Shown here one piece after another: positions 13,242-24,490 of a DNA stretch of 64,000 nucleotides. Position numbers and translations under genes: made by a program. Source of the stretch: Lama guanicoe (lineage: Eukaryota); the NCBI GenBank assembly GCA_013239625.1, contig MU053557.1, forward strand, positions 3,998,123 through 4,062,122. The letters are read 5' to 3'. The notes under the pieces were generated by a model. It was not told the DNA's origin, did no database searches, and saw nothing but the letters and a program-made list of their open reading frames with translations. Within the stretch, counting starts at the first letter, position 1. Every line of letters starts with the position of its first letter.

Positions 13242-13626
13242 TGTAACAAAGAAGAAAAAACCTGAGATATACATGACAGCCCATTCTCAAGGCTCCCAGG
13301 CTTGACCTTTAATAAAGGTGCAACACTTTCCATACAGAGATAAAAAGTTACAAAACAGAGAAGAACATCTGTCTTGTTGGAGGAACAGCTGCAAGCACAA
13401 AGTATTCTGGCACCAAAAAGTTTGCAACAACCAGCCACACTTCCTTCCCTTTTAGCATAAAAGCCTGAATTCTAACTCCAGTAAGATGGTTCTTGGGGAC
13501 ACTAGTTCACTATCTTCTTGGTTTGCTGGCTTTCCAAATAAAGTAGCTATTCCATGCCCCAACACCTTGTCTCTTGATTTTCTGGCCGGTCATTCAGCAA
13601 GCAGTACGAGCTTGGACTCAGCAACA
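13242..13626 (+). mobile_element. ERV1 solo LTR (MER41-like, artiodactyl type), 385 bp
   Basis: TG...CA termini (tgtaaca...cagcaaca); 4-bp TSD tgac/tgag; cataaaa TATA-like box at ~13456; AATAAA at ~13537. Confidence 0.8.
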
Positions 13627-16600
13627 TGAGTCATCTCCTTCTGAGACAGGGGCCCTGTGGGGAATGTGAGCTCTGTGGCTGGGACCCTGACCTATCCCAA
13701 CAGGTCTCTCACACAGTAAATGCCTGCCTGCCAGCATTACCTCTCTGTACACTTGCTCCTGGTGCAGGGAGTGAGCTGCACCCTCCAGTGGGGAAACCAC
13801 GTATAGTATATTAAACTTCTTTGGAAGAATAACACCCAAAAGAAAATACAACTCAGTGACTTAAAAAAAAAAAAAAAGAGTAGGGAGGAGGGAGGAGGGG
13901 TAGGAGGAAGTTGGGAGGCGGGGAAGATTTCCATGGCTCCTGTACCTGAGAAGTCCAGAGGAATCTCTGACTTCAGGCATGCCTAGATCCTGTCTCAAGA
14001 AATGTTGCCAGAATTTTTTTCTGTCCATTTTTGGGGATCTATCCGCGCTTTCCTTGATGTCGTTTTCATTCTCAGGCTTTTGGCCACCCCATCCCACCCC
14101 AACCCCGGTGGTAGACCCTCAGTTCTAGAAGTTAAAATTTCAATAGAAGAAAGTTTTCCTTTCCTAAAATTTCTAGTAATGAGATCTGAAGCTTATTAGG
14201 TTCGTTGAGATAAGATTCCTGGATCAGTCTTTACGGCTACAAGCAAGTTTAACTCCTACTGAAATGGACTGAATTACAAGGCACTGCAGGAGCCAGGGGT
14301 AAGCCAGCCCTACTATATGGACTAGAAGAGGATAAAGAATTATCTCCCAAAGGAATACTGAAGCACTACTGCCAGGAGAAATGAAAGCAAACAAAAACAT
14401 GCATTGGCACTACCCTCTCAGATGCCTGATTCCCTCCTCCAAATCTGAGGTGGTCCTCAAGTCAGCCCAAGCTCAATCCCTTGCTGTTTTCCTGCCTTTA
14501 CCACACGTAAGTATTTAACCTATTTGTATCATAATAAATTATGATACTCCCAGGAGCTGAAACAATCTGCTGTCTTGGTAGAAAGCAAGGAAGTGCCCAT
14601 CCCAGAGAGCTAAGCCTTCTGGAAAATACACTTTCATACCCACACAAAATGCTTTGACTTCCTAGTCCACAAACCATGGGCAGTCTGGTATCCTCCCAAT
14701 TTCAGAGGACCCCTCGCAGCATTTATGTTCTCATGGTTACTTCCTGCTCTGTACCCCTAATTCTGCAGAGTTCTCCATCAGCCCCTCATTTCACCTTTTA
14801 ATACCAATTCCTTATTCTCCACCACTTTGGTGCATGTTAGACTCCCCATTTTCCTTCATTCCTCAAGCATTTGCAAGGCTATTCAGAGTAACAAATGTTT
14901 CCTGAAGGTCTGGGATACCAGAGGAGGTTAATGGCTAACACAGCACAGGAAATACATCAGGAGTATTTTGGTTAAAGGTGATGAAATCCAATAGAAACTT
15001 ATCTTAGGTCAAAGAATTGTGTTTATGTCATTAGGAGGATCTAGGGTGGGCCTTAATTCAAGCACAGCAGTATCCACAGACTTAAGCAATACCATGAGTC
15101 TTACTGTCCACCTCTGCCATCTGCTAGTCTATTGAATTTCACTAAATGCTGGTTTCATCATCTCCCATACAGACTCTATCTACATAATGAGATAATGGGT
15201 GCTACCATGCGCCCTCCTTGCTCGAGAGCCAAAAGGAAAAGGGTTGGGGTGGGAAGAAGGGAAATCATGGGGCTCAGACAACACCCCTTCATCAATATGC
15301 AAATGCAATCCCCTGATATGGGAAATAGAATTTTTTTAAGTAGTTGTCTTATAACCCCCAAGATTAAATTTAACCATAGAAATAAGAATTAAATCACATC
15401 TACATTGCAATTTGGGTTAAGAAATAGTCCATAAACAATCATCATTTAAAATATTTGTCATATTTTAAGAAAGTATAGCATATTAAAGAATGAATCTCAT
15501 GATTCCAATTTGAAATTTTTAATTATTGATTTAAACTTAGATTTTAAGTTGAGAGAATAAGAATTTTATTAAGACTGTAAATATTATTGACATTTGAAGA
15601 GGTGTCACTTGCCATATTTATATCTAATTGGTAGAGTTGTAACACTTATTTATGTGGGAAGGTTTTTGCTAAACAATTGAAGTGCTTAAAAAAATTGAGT
15701 ATCTTTATCCAATCGTTCATTAACTCCTTCACTCAACAAAACTGTGGGCCCATCACCCCATCTGTTGATGTCTGAGAAACTGATTCACCTGGATATTTGA
15801 TTGTCTCCCTTTACCAAACTGAATGTTGAAATTCATTCACTTCTCACCACAATTATTTCCTTGCACCTAGTCCAATGTCTGGCCCCAGAGCAAGCACTCA
15901 GAAAATATTTGTGGGATAAATGAATAAACCATGTCAGGCTCAGAATGCAACCAGATTTTGAAAATTACAACTGCTTTCTCCCTCTTACTTTGGAATTTAA
16001 GGACCATCAGCTTCTATCCCAGAACTGGGCTCGCCCAGATGGGCCCAATTCACCAGCATCTTCCATTTCTTTCCTTGTAACAGCTGAATAAGGTTGATTC
16101 ACTTACGTGCTCATTTAGCCAAGGGCAAGTGAGTCATAGGGTCTGTGAGGGAAAACTGAGTACTAGGTGCAGCTGGGACATGCTGTTTGTGAAGCAAACT
16201 AAGACTGAAATAAGTAGCCTGCAACCAATGCATATTGGGCCTTGGAAATCTGATTATCAAGTTACAAATGTATGCTTTTTAAGGTTTAAAATTTAAGCAG
16301 AAACCAGCAGTTTGGTCCAAATGAAAAATGAGAAACAAGGGCCTTGTTCCTTAATGTTCACGCAGAGCTCGTGTTTATAGAAGTCTCCCACAAAGCTTTT
16401 TCTTTTCTTGCCTAATTACCACCTTGTGTTTGGTTTTGAAACTGCAATTCTCTGTGCCTGTATCTTAACAGATGACATCTTTTCAGAGCATTTCCTTATG
16501 TAACCTGGGGAAATTTAAGATGCCTCGAAAGTAAATTGCAGAAATATCACACGCTAAGAATCCAGCCCTTGCAATTTTAAATACAGCTGAGAATAAGGAA

Positions 16601-16697
16601 GAAAAAGAAGCCTCTGAACAGTCAAATAATAAATGCTAACCTTTGCGGAGTATTTGCTACGTGCCAGGCACTCTTTTAAGTGGACTACAAACATTAC

Positions 16698-16732
<35 letters not shown>

Positions 16733-16733
<1 letters not shown>

Positions 16734-17305
16734 TGGAACCCTTGAGCAATGCTGATGAGAATGTAAAATAGTGCTGCTGCTATAGAAAAACTAAAAATAG
16801 AAATACCATAAGATCCAGCAATTCTACTTTGGGGTATATATCCAGAAGTATGAAAAGCTGGATCTAGACGAGATAGCTGCACATCTGTGTTCACTGAAGC
16901 ATTATTTACAATAGGCATTTAGGTGTACATTGATGGATGAACGAAATATGATATACACACAATGGAATATTATTCAGACTTAAAAAGGAAGAAAAGTCTG
17001 ACACATGGAGGAATCTTACAGATATTATGCTAAATGAAGGAAGCCAAACACAAAAGGACAAATGTGTGTGTCTACTTACATGAAAGACAAAGTAGAATGG
17101 TGGTTACCAGAGGCTAAGGTGAAGGCGGGGGAGATGTGTGTGGTTGTTCAGGGGTTAGGCTGTACATTCAATTTGGGAAGATAAAGTTCTGGAGGTGGAT
17201 AGTGGTGTAGTTGCACAACAGCATAAATATACTTAATACCACCGTTCACTGAAAAATGATTAAAATGGTAAATTTTGTTATAAATATTTTACCACAATTA
17301 AAAAG
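16733..17305 (+). mobile_element. Old L1 (L1MA/MB-like) 3' end preceded by a 31-nt A run (16701-16731)
   Basis: gatccagcaattctactttggggtatatatcc, aatggaatattattcag and a terminal ttttaccacaattaaaaa. Confidence 0.85.
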
Positions 17306-17437
17306 AATCATATAACGAATCATTCATGTACAGACTCAAGATTGTTTGTACTAGTGGGGCTACCAGCCTTCCTTTTTGATACCTATGGTAATAAAATCTA
17401 TAAATATCCAAAAAATTAAAAACAACAAATGAGGTAG

Positions 17438-17915
17438 TGTAGTAAATTAAAGATGGCCACACATTCTTTACCAGTCCTTCCATTAAGAGGTGACGACTTA
17501 GCCTCCTCCCCTTGAATCTGGGCTGGCTAGGTGGCTTCCCTGACCCACAGAGTGTGACAGAAGTAATGCCTGGGACTTCCAAGGCTGGCTCACATGAAGT
17601 CCCATCCTTGAGCTTCCTCCTGTATTCCCTGGAACAACTCACTTTCTGCTCTATTTCCAAGGGCTGCCTACCAGCCCCTGGGGCTTTGCCCAGGCAAACA
17701 AAGCAGAGGGAGAAACCTCATTAGGTACTCTAAAGGACAGCTCTGGCGGAGCCCCTGCAGGTCTTGCAGCCTAAACTGCCAACAATGTAACTTCCATTTG
17801 AGCCTGAGGTTAGAGCTGCCCAGGTGAGCCCAGTCACCTCTCAGAAGCAGAACAAATTATTGGGTTGAACCACTAAATTCGGCGGTGGTTTCTTAGGTAG
17901 GTACCATAACGATGT
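17438..17915 (+). mobile_element. MLT1-type (ERVL-MaLR) LTR
   Basis: tgtagt...aagatggccac...cctccccttgaatctgggctggc start and ccactaaattcggcggtggttt end motif. Confidence 0.75.
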
Positions 17916-18165
17916 CCACTTTTGCTTGACAAACCCGAGGCTTATAGTTGAAGTCTCAAGGTCACAGAGTGAGTACCCCGTGATTGACTGAATCTTTGGA
18001 CGTGGCCCACAACATGGAGGGTCTACTGTAAAGTGATACCCGAATTTTCAACCCCCAACTCCAGATGTGTTCAAGAGTAAACTGTATTTAAGGGCAAGAA
18101 TGCGGGATTTGGAGGGTAAAAATCTTGGGTTTCAATCTAGCTGTGTGACAATGAGAAATTATCTC

Positions 18166-18614
18166 TGTGGACACAGAATGTCGCATGCCATTTCAGTAAC
18201 CAAAGGATAGTGTAGCCACCAAGCCCTCAGCCACCGCAGGTGCCCCTCACCCTGCACCCTGAGAGATTCAGGATAGAGAAAAATAGCATACTGGCGAGAC
18301 AGGGTGCACAACAAAATAGTGATTTCAATAAACCTAGACTCTCACGTCTTCCCATACATATAAAAGCAGTAAATTCATTAACTTAAAAAGTCAATTTTTT
18401 CTTTAATTAGCAGTAATTCTTTGATATTCAACTATGCGGTTTCTATGTGTTATCACTGCTTTTTGCAAAAACTTCTACATGTCCTGGCTCATTCCTTACC
18501 TCTTCGGAACACTCCCTAGGAGCTGAGAGGCTGTTCCTCAGGTTTACGTCTTCAGTAAGTCCGACGAATAAAACATAACTCATTTTTCGGCTGTGCGTCT
18601 TTTTTCAGTCAACA
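18166..18614 (+). mobile_element. ERV solo LTR (449 bp) inserted into a MIR, ~550 bp upstream of FBXO38 exon 1
   Basis: TG...CA termini (tgtggac...gtcaaca); near-TSD atctc/acctc; TATAAAA at 18359-18365; AATAAA at 18567-18572; MIR sequence on both sides. Confidence 0.8.
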
Positions 18615-18959
18615 ACCTCTCTGAAGATAATTTTTATATGGAAAAAAAGGAGTAAAGCTGGTTCCTGCCCACATGTCGGAGTGGTATAGGGTTTTTGAGA
18701 CACAGGTGTGAAAAACCCTATAAAAACTTACAAAATACTGTTAAATACGTACAGAGACAACGTGCCAAAAGTAAAGAAAGCTGATTTAACGTTGTCAACT
18801 TTAACTGCCCCCTACCGTGTTCTTCCTCGCAAAAAAAACTTTCTCTTTTCAGACGAAGGAATTCTGGAAAAATCTCTACTGAAACCTGGCTACTCCACAA
18901 ACAAATGCAGCGCCCAGGTGCTCATTCAAAGGCACAGACTAGCAAACCACACAATCCAG

Positions 18960-19600
18960 TAACTATTTGTCGGCGTCGGACTCCACGCTTCCGGCGTCGC
19001 GACGCTGTCACGTCAACGAAGGTCGCTCCCCGAGCCCGTCCCTAAATGCCACGCTTACCATGGCTTCCCGGCCTGGACGCTCACGTTCCACACCCAACAT
19101 GGGCACGGGGAGCTGGCCCCGCCCCGGATGCCTACGCTCCGGACGTGCTCAAGGATTGGCGGAAGCGGAAGCGCCCGGGTGGTGGGGGCCGCGGGAAGTG
19201 TTTGTCTCGTTTCTCCCTCCCTCTCCACCGCGATAACAAACGGAGGGCCGGCATAGGTGAGGCGGCGGCCGGGTGGGCCGGGGGGACCGGCGGCTGGCTG
19301 CGGAGCCGGGACTGCGTGCTGCGGGTGGAGGCGGCCGGATGGAGCTCCGGGGCCCCCGATCACTTGGGCTCTCGGTCTCCGGCTTTGGGCCTAGAGCTCT
19401 CCGAAGAGCAGGGATTGAGTTTGTGGTTCTTGGCGTTCGAGGTCCTGGTGGTGGGGTTTGCCACCCTCTCTGAACCTGGCCCAAGATCCCAGCAGCACAC
19501 ATAACCCTCGCAGAGTCTCGATTTCCTCACCAAAATGGGGGTTTTGGCCTGGCTAACTTCTGGGACCCCATCCCACTGCGGGCGTCGCTAATACCACGAT
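18960..19600. promoter_or_regulatory. CpG island / TATA-less, probably bidirectional promoter of FBXO38
   Basis: The region is GC- and CpG-rich. Motifs: GC box GGCCCCGCCCC 19115-19125, inverted CCAAT (ATTGG) 19155-19159, tandem ETS/GABP CGGAAGCGGAAG 19160-19171, GGGAAGTG 19193-19200, minus-strand CCGGAAG 18988-18994, CRE-like TCACGTCA 19008-19015. Confidence 0.9.
19160..19256 (+). other. FBXO38: FBXO38 exon 1 (5' UTR; start approximate)
   Basis: Donor TAG|GTGAGG at 19256/19257 lies inside the CpG island, followed by G-rich intron. There is no ATG in the exon. Confidence 0.8.
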
Positions 19601-19679
19601 TTTACTGTTAAGTCAGTGTTTAAGCTAATGAATTAAGGCATTTGGTCAGTTTACTGAGGGGATGTTTCTGAGCAGGACG

Positions 19680-19865
19680 CAGTGAATACAACTTTGAGAG
19701 GCGGCCAGCCCAGTGATCGGAAGTCCTGAGTTCTAGTGTTACCTCGTCCACCGACTCATTCTCTGACCTTGCCCAGATCTGTTACCCTCTGTGCTGCACA
19801 GTTTACAGATCTGTAAAATGAAGGTGTTGGATTTCTCTGATTGCCTCTCCTAGCTCTAGAATCAG
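19680..19865 (+). mobile_element. MIR
   Basis: cctgagttctag...tgaccttg...atctgtaaaatgaagg core. Confidence 0.7.
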
Positions 19866-22800
19866 ATTCTCAACTCCCTTTCAAGGAGCCCTTCCTTAGA
19901 GACAGACCTGAAAAGCATCTCTTCTCTACATCCTGCGTAGCCAGGAGGTGGTTTATCAGAGGTGTCTTCCCTGTGTTTTCCAGACACCAAGCCGACCAAG
20001 GGCAACTGGGTATTTAGGAAAGTTCCTGTGTTTCCTGTGCAGTGAGCAGCTTTGTTCTGAAGACTTTGATTTAGAAAGCGATTCCAGCAGAGTAAAAATA
20101 CACAAATGTGGAAAATAGGACACCTTGTTTTTTTTGTTTGTTTGTTTGAAAACTGCTACTCATTTGCTGGTTTACTTTGAGCAAATACTTTGCTTTCTCT
20201 GGACTGGAGAATTCTCATCTGGTAAATAGAGGTGTTAGATTGGGACAAAAGTTCTTAATCCCCTTTCCCATACTCTCAGCACAACTGAGGAATAAAATAA
20301 TTGTTCTATAAAACCATGATTTTTCTGGAGGAGGGGAAAGGTGGGGTGTGGAAGGTGTTATTATGTAGCCATCTAGATTGAAACATCTGTGCTTCTAGTT
20401 TTCAGCTTTTATTTTTGACAATTATTGGTTTAAGTGACCACTAAGTTTCTTTTCCTCTCTTCAAAATTTGCAATGCTGTGATTCTTATGTCCTCTTTGGG
20501 TAAAGAATATAGGCTTTTGTGTTTGTTTAAATGACTGTGCCTGGAAGTACATACTTTATTTTTAGTAAGAAGGATACTAAGGCATAGAATAAGAGAAAAA
20601 GGAAAAACCAGATTTTAGTAAGGTAAAGTGACAGTGAAATAAAATTAAACTTGAGCTAAAGTTAAAGGCCTGGATCTGTTGTTCAGCACTGGTACTTGCT
20701 GGATTTGTGACTTTGGTCAAGCCAGTTTACCTCTCTGATTTTCACTTTCCTTGTCTGGAAAATGAAGGGTTGGACTGGATGATTCCTCGACTTTTTCAGC
20801 ACTATAATTGTTTTCTTTTCTTTCTTTTTTTTTTTTTCTTTCCTGAGTGGCTCAGTGGATGTGGTGTGGCATTTCTTTAGAAAAGAGAGGCTGTGATAAG
20901 TAGTAGACATAGAAGATCTATGGTGCAGAATGGTGTCAAATTAAGTGACATGCAGTATTACTTTGACATGAGCAAGCTGAAGGCAGTAGAAACTAAAGAA
21001 AGGTATTAGAAACGTGAAGGGTTGACCAGATAGGATGACTGAAGACACTGAAAAGTTTTACATGGGAGATATTTTTGGTAAGGTTAATAAAAGTAAGTTA
21101 TACTAATTGGAGTGGCTGAGTTGTAAGAAACTGGTGGTAGAATCTCTCTCTACTCTGAGACTGTAAGCTTCATGGGAAGAAAGACTGTCACCCCCTAGCA
21201 CTTGGTAGGCAGTAATAAATAATTGAAAGAGGGAATGATTGGATGGATGAATGGATAGATAATAGCAATTTAAAAAAGGAGTTTTTCCAGAGAATTGTTA
21301 TTAATTAGATACAGTGTGGGAAATTGATTCAGCATTGTGCAAGTTTTATAAAAGAAGAGGTCCCTAAGTTTTATGATTAGTTGTAAGGGAAGTCAAGAGA
21401 AGCTGGTTTATCTCTATACTCTATAAAGTATGTTGGTAAGAGACAAACACCCTGGAGAATCCGGTGTGATCTGTGGAAGAGAGTTATTAGTAGAATAAGT
21501 CAAGCATGGAGGAAGATGTTGACAAGATGGAACAGGTATAAGTCGTACTATTAGGGAGTAAAGGAGTGGATTTATGTAGGACTTTTATCAGTATCAGTGA
21601 TTGTCAGAATTGTGAACAGTAAGTGTTAAAACTTCTATAATGAAAATAGAGAATTAAAAGGAAAACAACTTGATTTTTGCAAGAAAATGTTGGAGCTCCC
21701 CTTCAAGAGCCAGAAATAGCCTTGAGGGTTAAGGTTTAAAAGATAAATTTAGGAGCAATCAGGGTGAATTACATTAGTAGAGGATAGTGTAGTCCAGTTT
21801 GGGATAGGAAGAGGTTTGAACTGGCAGGCTGGAAGGAGAGGAGCACACCTAAGAGAAATTGTGTTATGTAAGGGACCTTCCTTACCTTGTTGAGTTTCTC
21901 AAGTTTAAAGAATGCTCGCAAATAATTGAGGCTTATGCCTTAGAATGTATTTGGGCTGCCAGGACAAAAACGATTCTTCCCATGGCTAAGGTCTGCTAAA
22001 TAGCCAGTCACAGTATGACTATAGGAGACCCAGGGCTGTTGTAGGCTACCGTGTGGGAGCCTAAATTAGGTGGGCCATAAGCTCTAATTTATGAAGGAGG
22101 GTGTGGTCAGCAGCCGTTCTGTCAGGGCATCCAGAAGCGCAGCTCAGAGCACTGGGGCACAGCTCCGGAATGCAGGCAGCCAGCCGAGGTGCAGACTACC
22201 GATTTGATGACAGGTTGTATATTGTAGGCTGGGAAGGTTAAATCCCAGCCTGAGCTCTGACACTTAATATATGCCCTTAGCGAGTGATTTATACTCTCGG
22301 GTCCTGTTTGTCCATCTGAAAATTGAGGGACCAGTCTTGGATAGGAACGTTTGAATGAGCTTCCATGTCTCTGTGAAGCCCCTGAAATTGTGTATGAGTC
22401 TGGCTGTGTTTTGTTTTTCTCTTGGATGGATGTACAGCTTTCTTCATCGTCTCAGATAGGTTTGTGACCCACAAAAATGAAGAACTGTGTGATTAGTCCC
22501 TGAGGGCCCCTTCAGCTGTTAACATTCTGGGATTCAGAATGACGTTTCTTTGAGATTTAGAATCCCAGCCTCTAGAACTTGCTGACCTTAGAAAATAACA
22601 TATAGTGCTGCAAAATATAGTCTCTCCATATTTGTACTCACCTCTCGCCCTCCTTGACTCCTTTGCTAGGCCTGCTCCAGTGGGTTAGATACCTTTATCT
22701 ACTGCTGATAACTGGAATTTCCGTCCTTTCCTCTTTCCCTTTTAACCTTCTGCTGCTTTGGACCTTCCCTACCTTGTTGAGTTTCTCAAGAGGCACGTGG

Positions 22801-22910
22801 TGATATTTTGGAGATAGGGCAGGAAGAAACCAAGACATAGAAGGCTAGTCAGTCATGGCAGTCTTCTGTTCTCACCTGCTTTTATCCCTCATCCCACGAA
22901 AAGACAAGCA

Positions 22911-22913
<3 letters not shown>

Positions 22914-22954
<41 letters not shown>
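22914..22954. repeat. (GA)20 microsatellite
   Basis: Seen directly. Confidence 0.97.
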
Positions 22955-22956
<2 letters not shown>

Positions 22957-24441
22957 GAGCGTGCATACAAGAGAGATAGCATTGTTACTTGGTACTCTGT
23001 GTCTTTCATGGTGTTTTCTTCTCAACCAGGGATACCAGGCCTCTGTACTGAGTGCCCAGAATGAAATGCTCTCAGCATACTCTGGTCACATATTTCACTT
23101 AAATGACAATGAAGGCAAGTTTAGTTGAAACAGTTGTGTGTGTGTGTGCGTGCGCACGCTTAGCAGAGTTTGAGTGGTGGTAAGGGAAAATAAATGAGTC
23201 CATCATTAACATTGCCGGGGCACCTACTTGGACTGGGGAGGACTGAGGGATTTCTGCCAGCTATGGGTCCTGAACTGTTAAGTCCCTAGATGGAAGATGG
23301 TGACCTTATTATCCTTAATGTTCATCTCTACAAGTCCCTTCCCCACCAAAGGCAAGTAGGGGAGTCACTGCTACACCTGCCATCAAATAAGTAGCTGCAT
23401 GACCAAGCCTTCAGTTCTAGATGAGATATGGGAAATATGTATACAGTTTCACTTAAATTTTTGTCACACTCCTACCAATTCAGTTTTGGCCCATTGGTAG
23501 GCAGTGTTAATGCATACCATAGGTTAGATTTTTGTGGACTTGGTGGAGACCTAAACTAACCTCTATATAACGTTGTATCTGTGAGTAAATATTTTTTCTG
23601 AATTCTAAATAAGTCAACTTATATAAACTCATTGATATTTAAGGTTCAGTCTGGTTCAAAAATTCAAGTGTAGGTTGTGTGCTGGAGCTACTAAATCTGA
23701 ATCCTACAAAACCACAGCATTGCAGAATAGTAAAGAGCAATAAAAGGTGGAATCACAAGATGGTTCTTCTTAATCATAAGATGATTAAGCGGTGTGAATT
23801 TGCTCAAGAAAAAGAAAAGGGAAGGAATAAGAAAGATTTTTAATAAAAGGATTAAAAGTCAAGAACATGGTATCCATGAACAGTTAGAGTTGTCAAAGGT
23901 GAGTTTGTTAAAGATGAAACTTGTGCTAAACTATCTTAACTGGAGAATTAATCCATGGTTGGATTGATCTGTACTGGTTAATAGTCTCAACAATGTATCT
24001 GCATGCCTCAGGGTAGCTATTGTTACATGTCCTTATTGGAGTAAAATGTGATTGCATTTTTGCCAGTGTCACAGGCTTGTTGCTGAGATCACTGAGTGCT
24101 GTGGTGGCAAACAGAGTGCCCCTAGGAGCATGAAATGGTTCTGAGCAGCCTTGAAGCTACTGGGACCATATGGAATAATGGAAAGACTGATGGATATTCA
24201 CACATCAGACACTGGCCAATTTATTATGAACAAGGACTTGTCATCACCCAGTGGCAGGACGTGGAGATTCTTTTCCTTTTCCTGGCAGAACCATGACCAG
24301 TAAAATACTATACAAGTTGCTGCGGGAGAAGCATATGTTAAGTCTCACAGGGAGCTCAAAAGAGGAGTTGAGAAGATGTTTTTTTCAGAGGACTTAACAT
24401 TTCAACTAGATTTTGAAGGCAGAAGAGTGGCTTTCTATGCC

Positions 24442-24442
24442 A

Positions 24443-24479
<37 letters not shown>

Positions 24480-24490
24480 GAAAAGAAAAG
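24442..24490. repeat. Poly(A) followed by a (GAAAA)n pentanucleotide repeat
   Basis: Seen directly. Confidence 0.9.

Noticed and set aside
13242..13626. Interferon/STAT1 enhancer in the MER41-like LTR
   Set aside because: No TTCNNNGAA motif is visible in this copy.
1..18900. SPINK/Kazal-type gene exons, expected upstream of FBXO38 by human synteny
   Set aside because: I found no Kazal cysteine pattern (C-x6-C-x7-C...TYxNxC) in the ORF track or by eye. Very short exons could have been missed.
18967..19504. Five overlapping ORFs of 66-152 aa across the promoter
   Set aside because: Stop-poor GC-rich CpG-island sequence gives Gly/Pro/Arg/Ala-biased translations with no recognisable domain.
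23896..23904. Consensus donor AAG|GTGAGT in intron 1
   Set aside because: There is no convincing upstream acceptor at exon distance.
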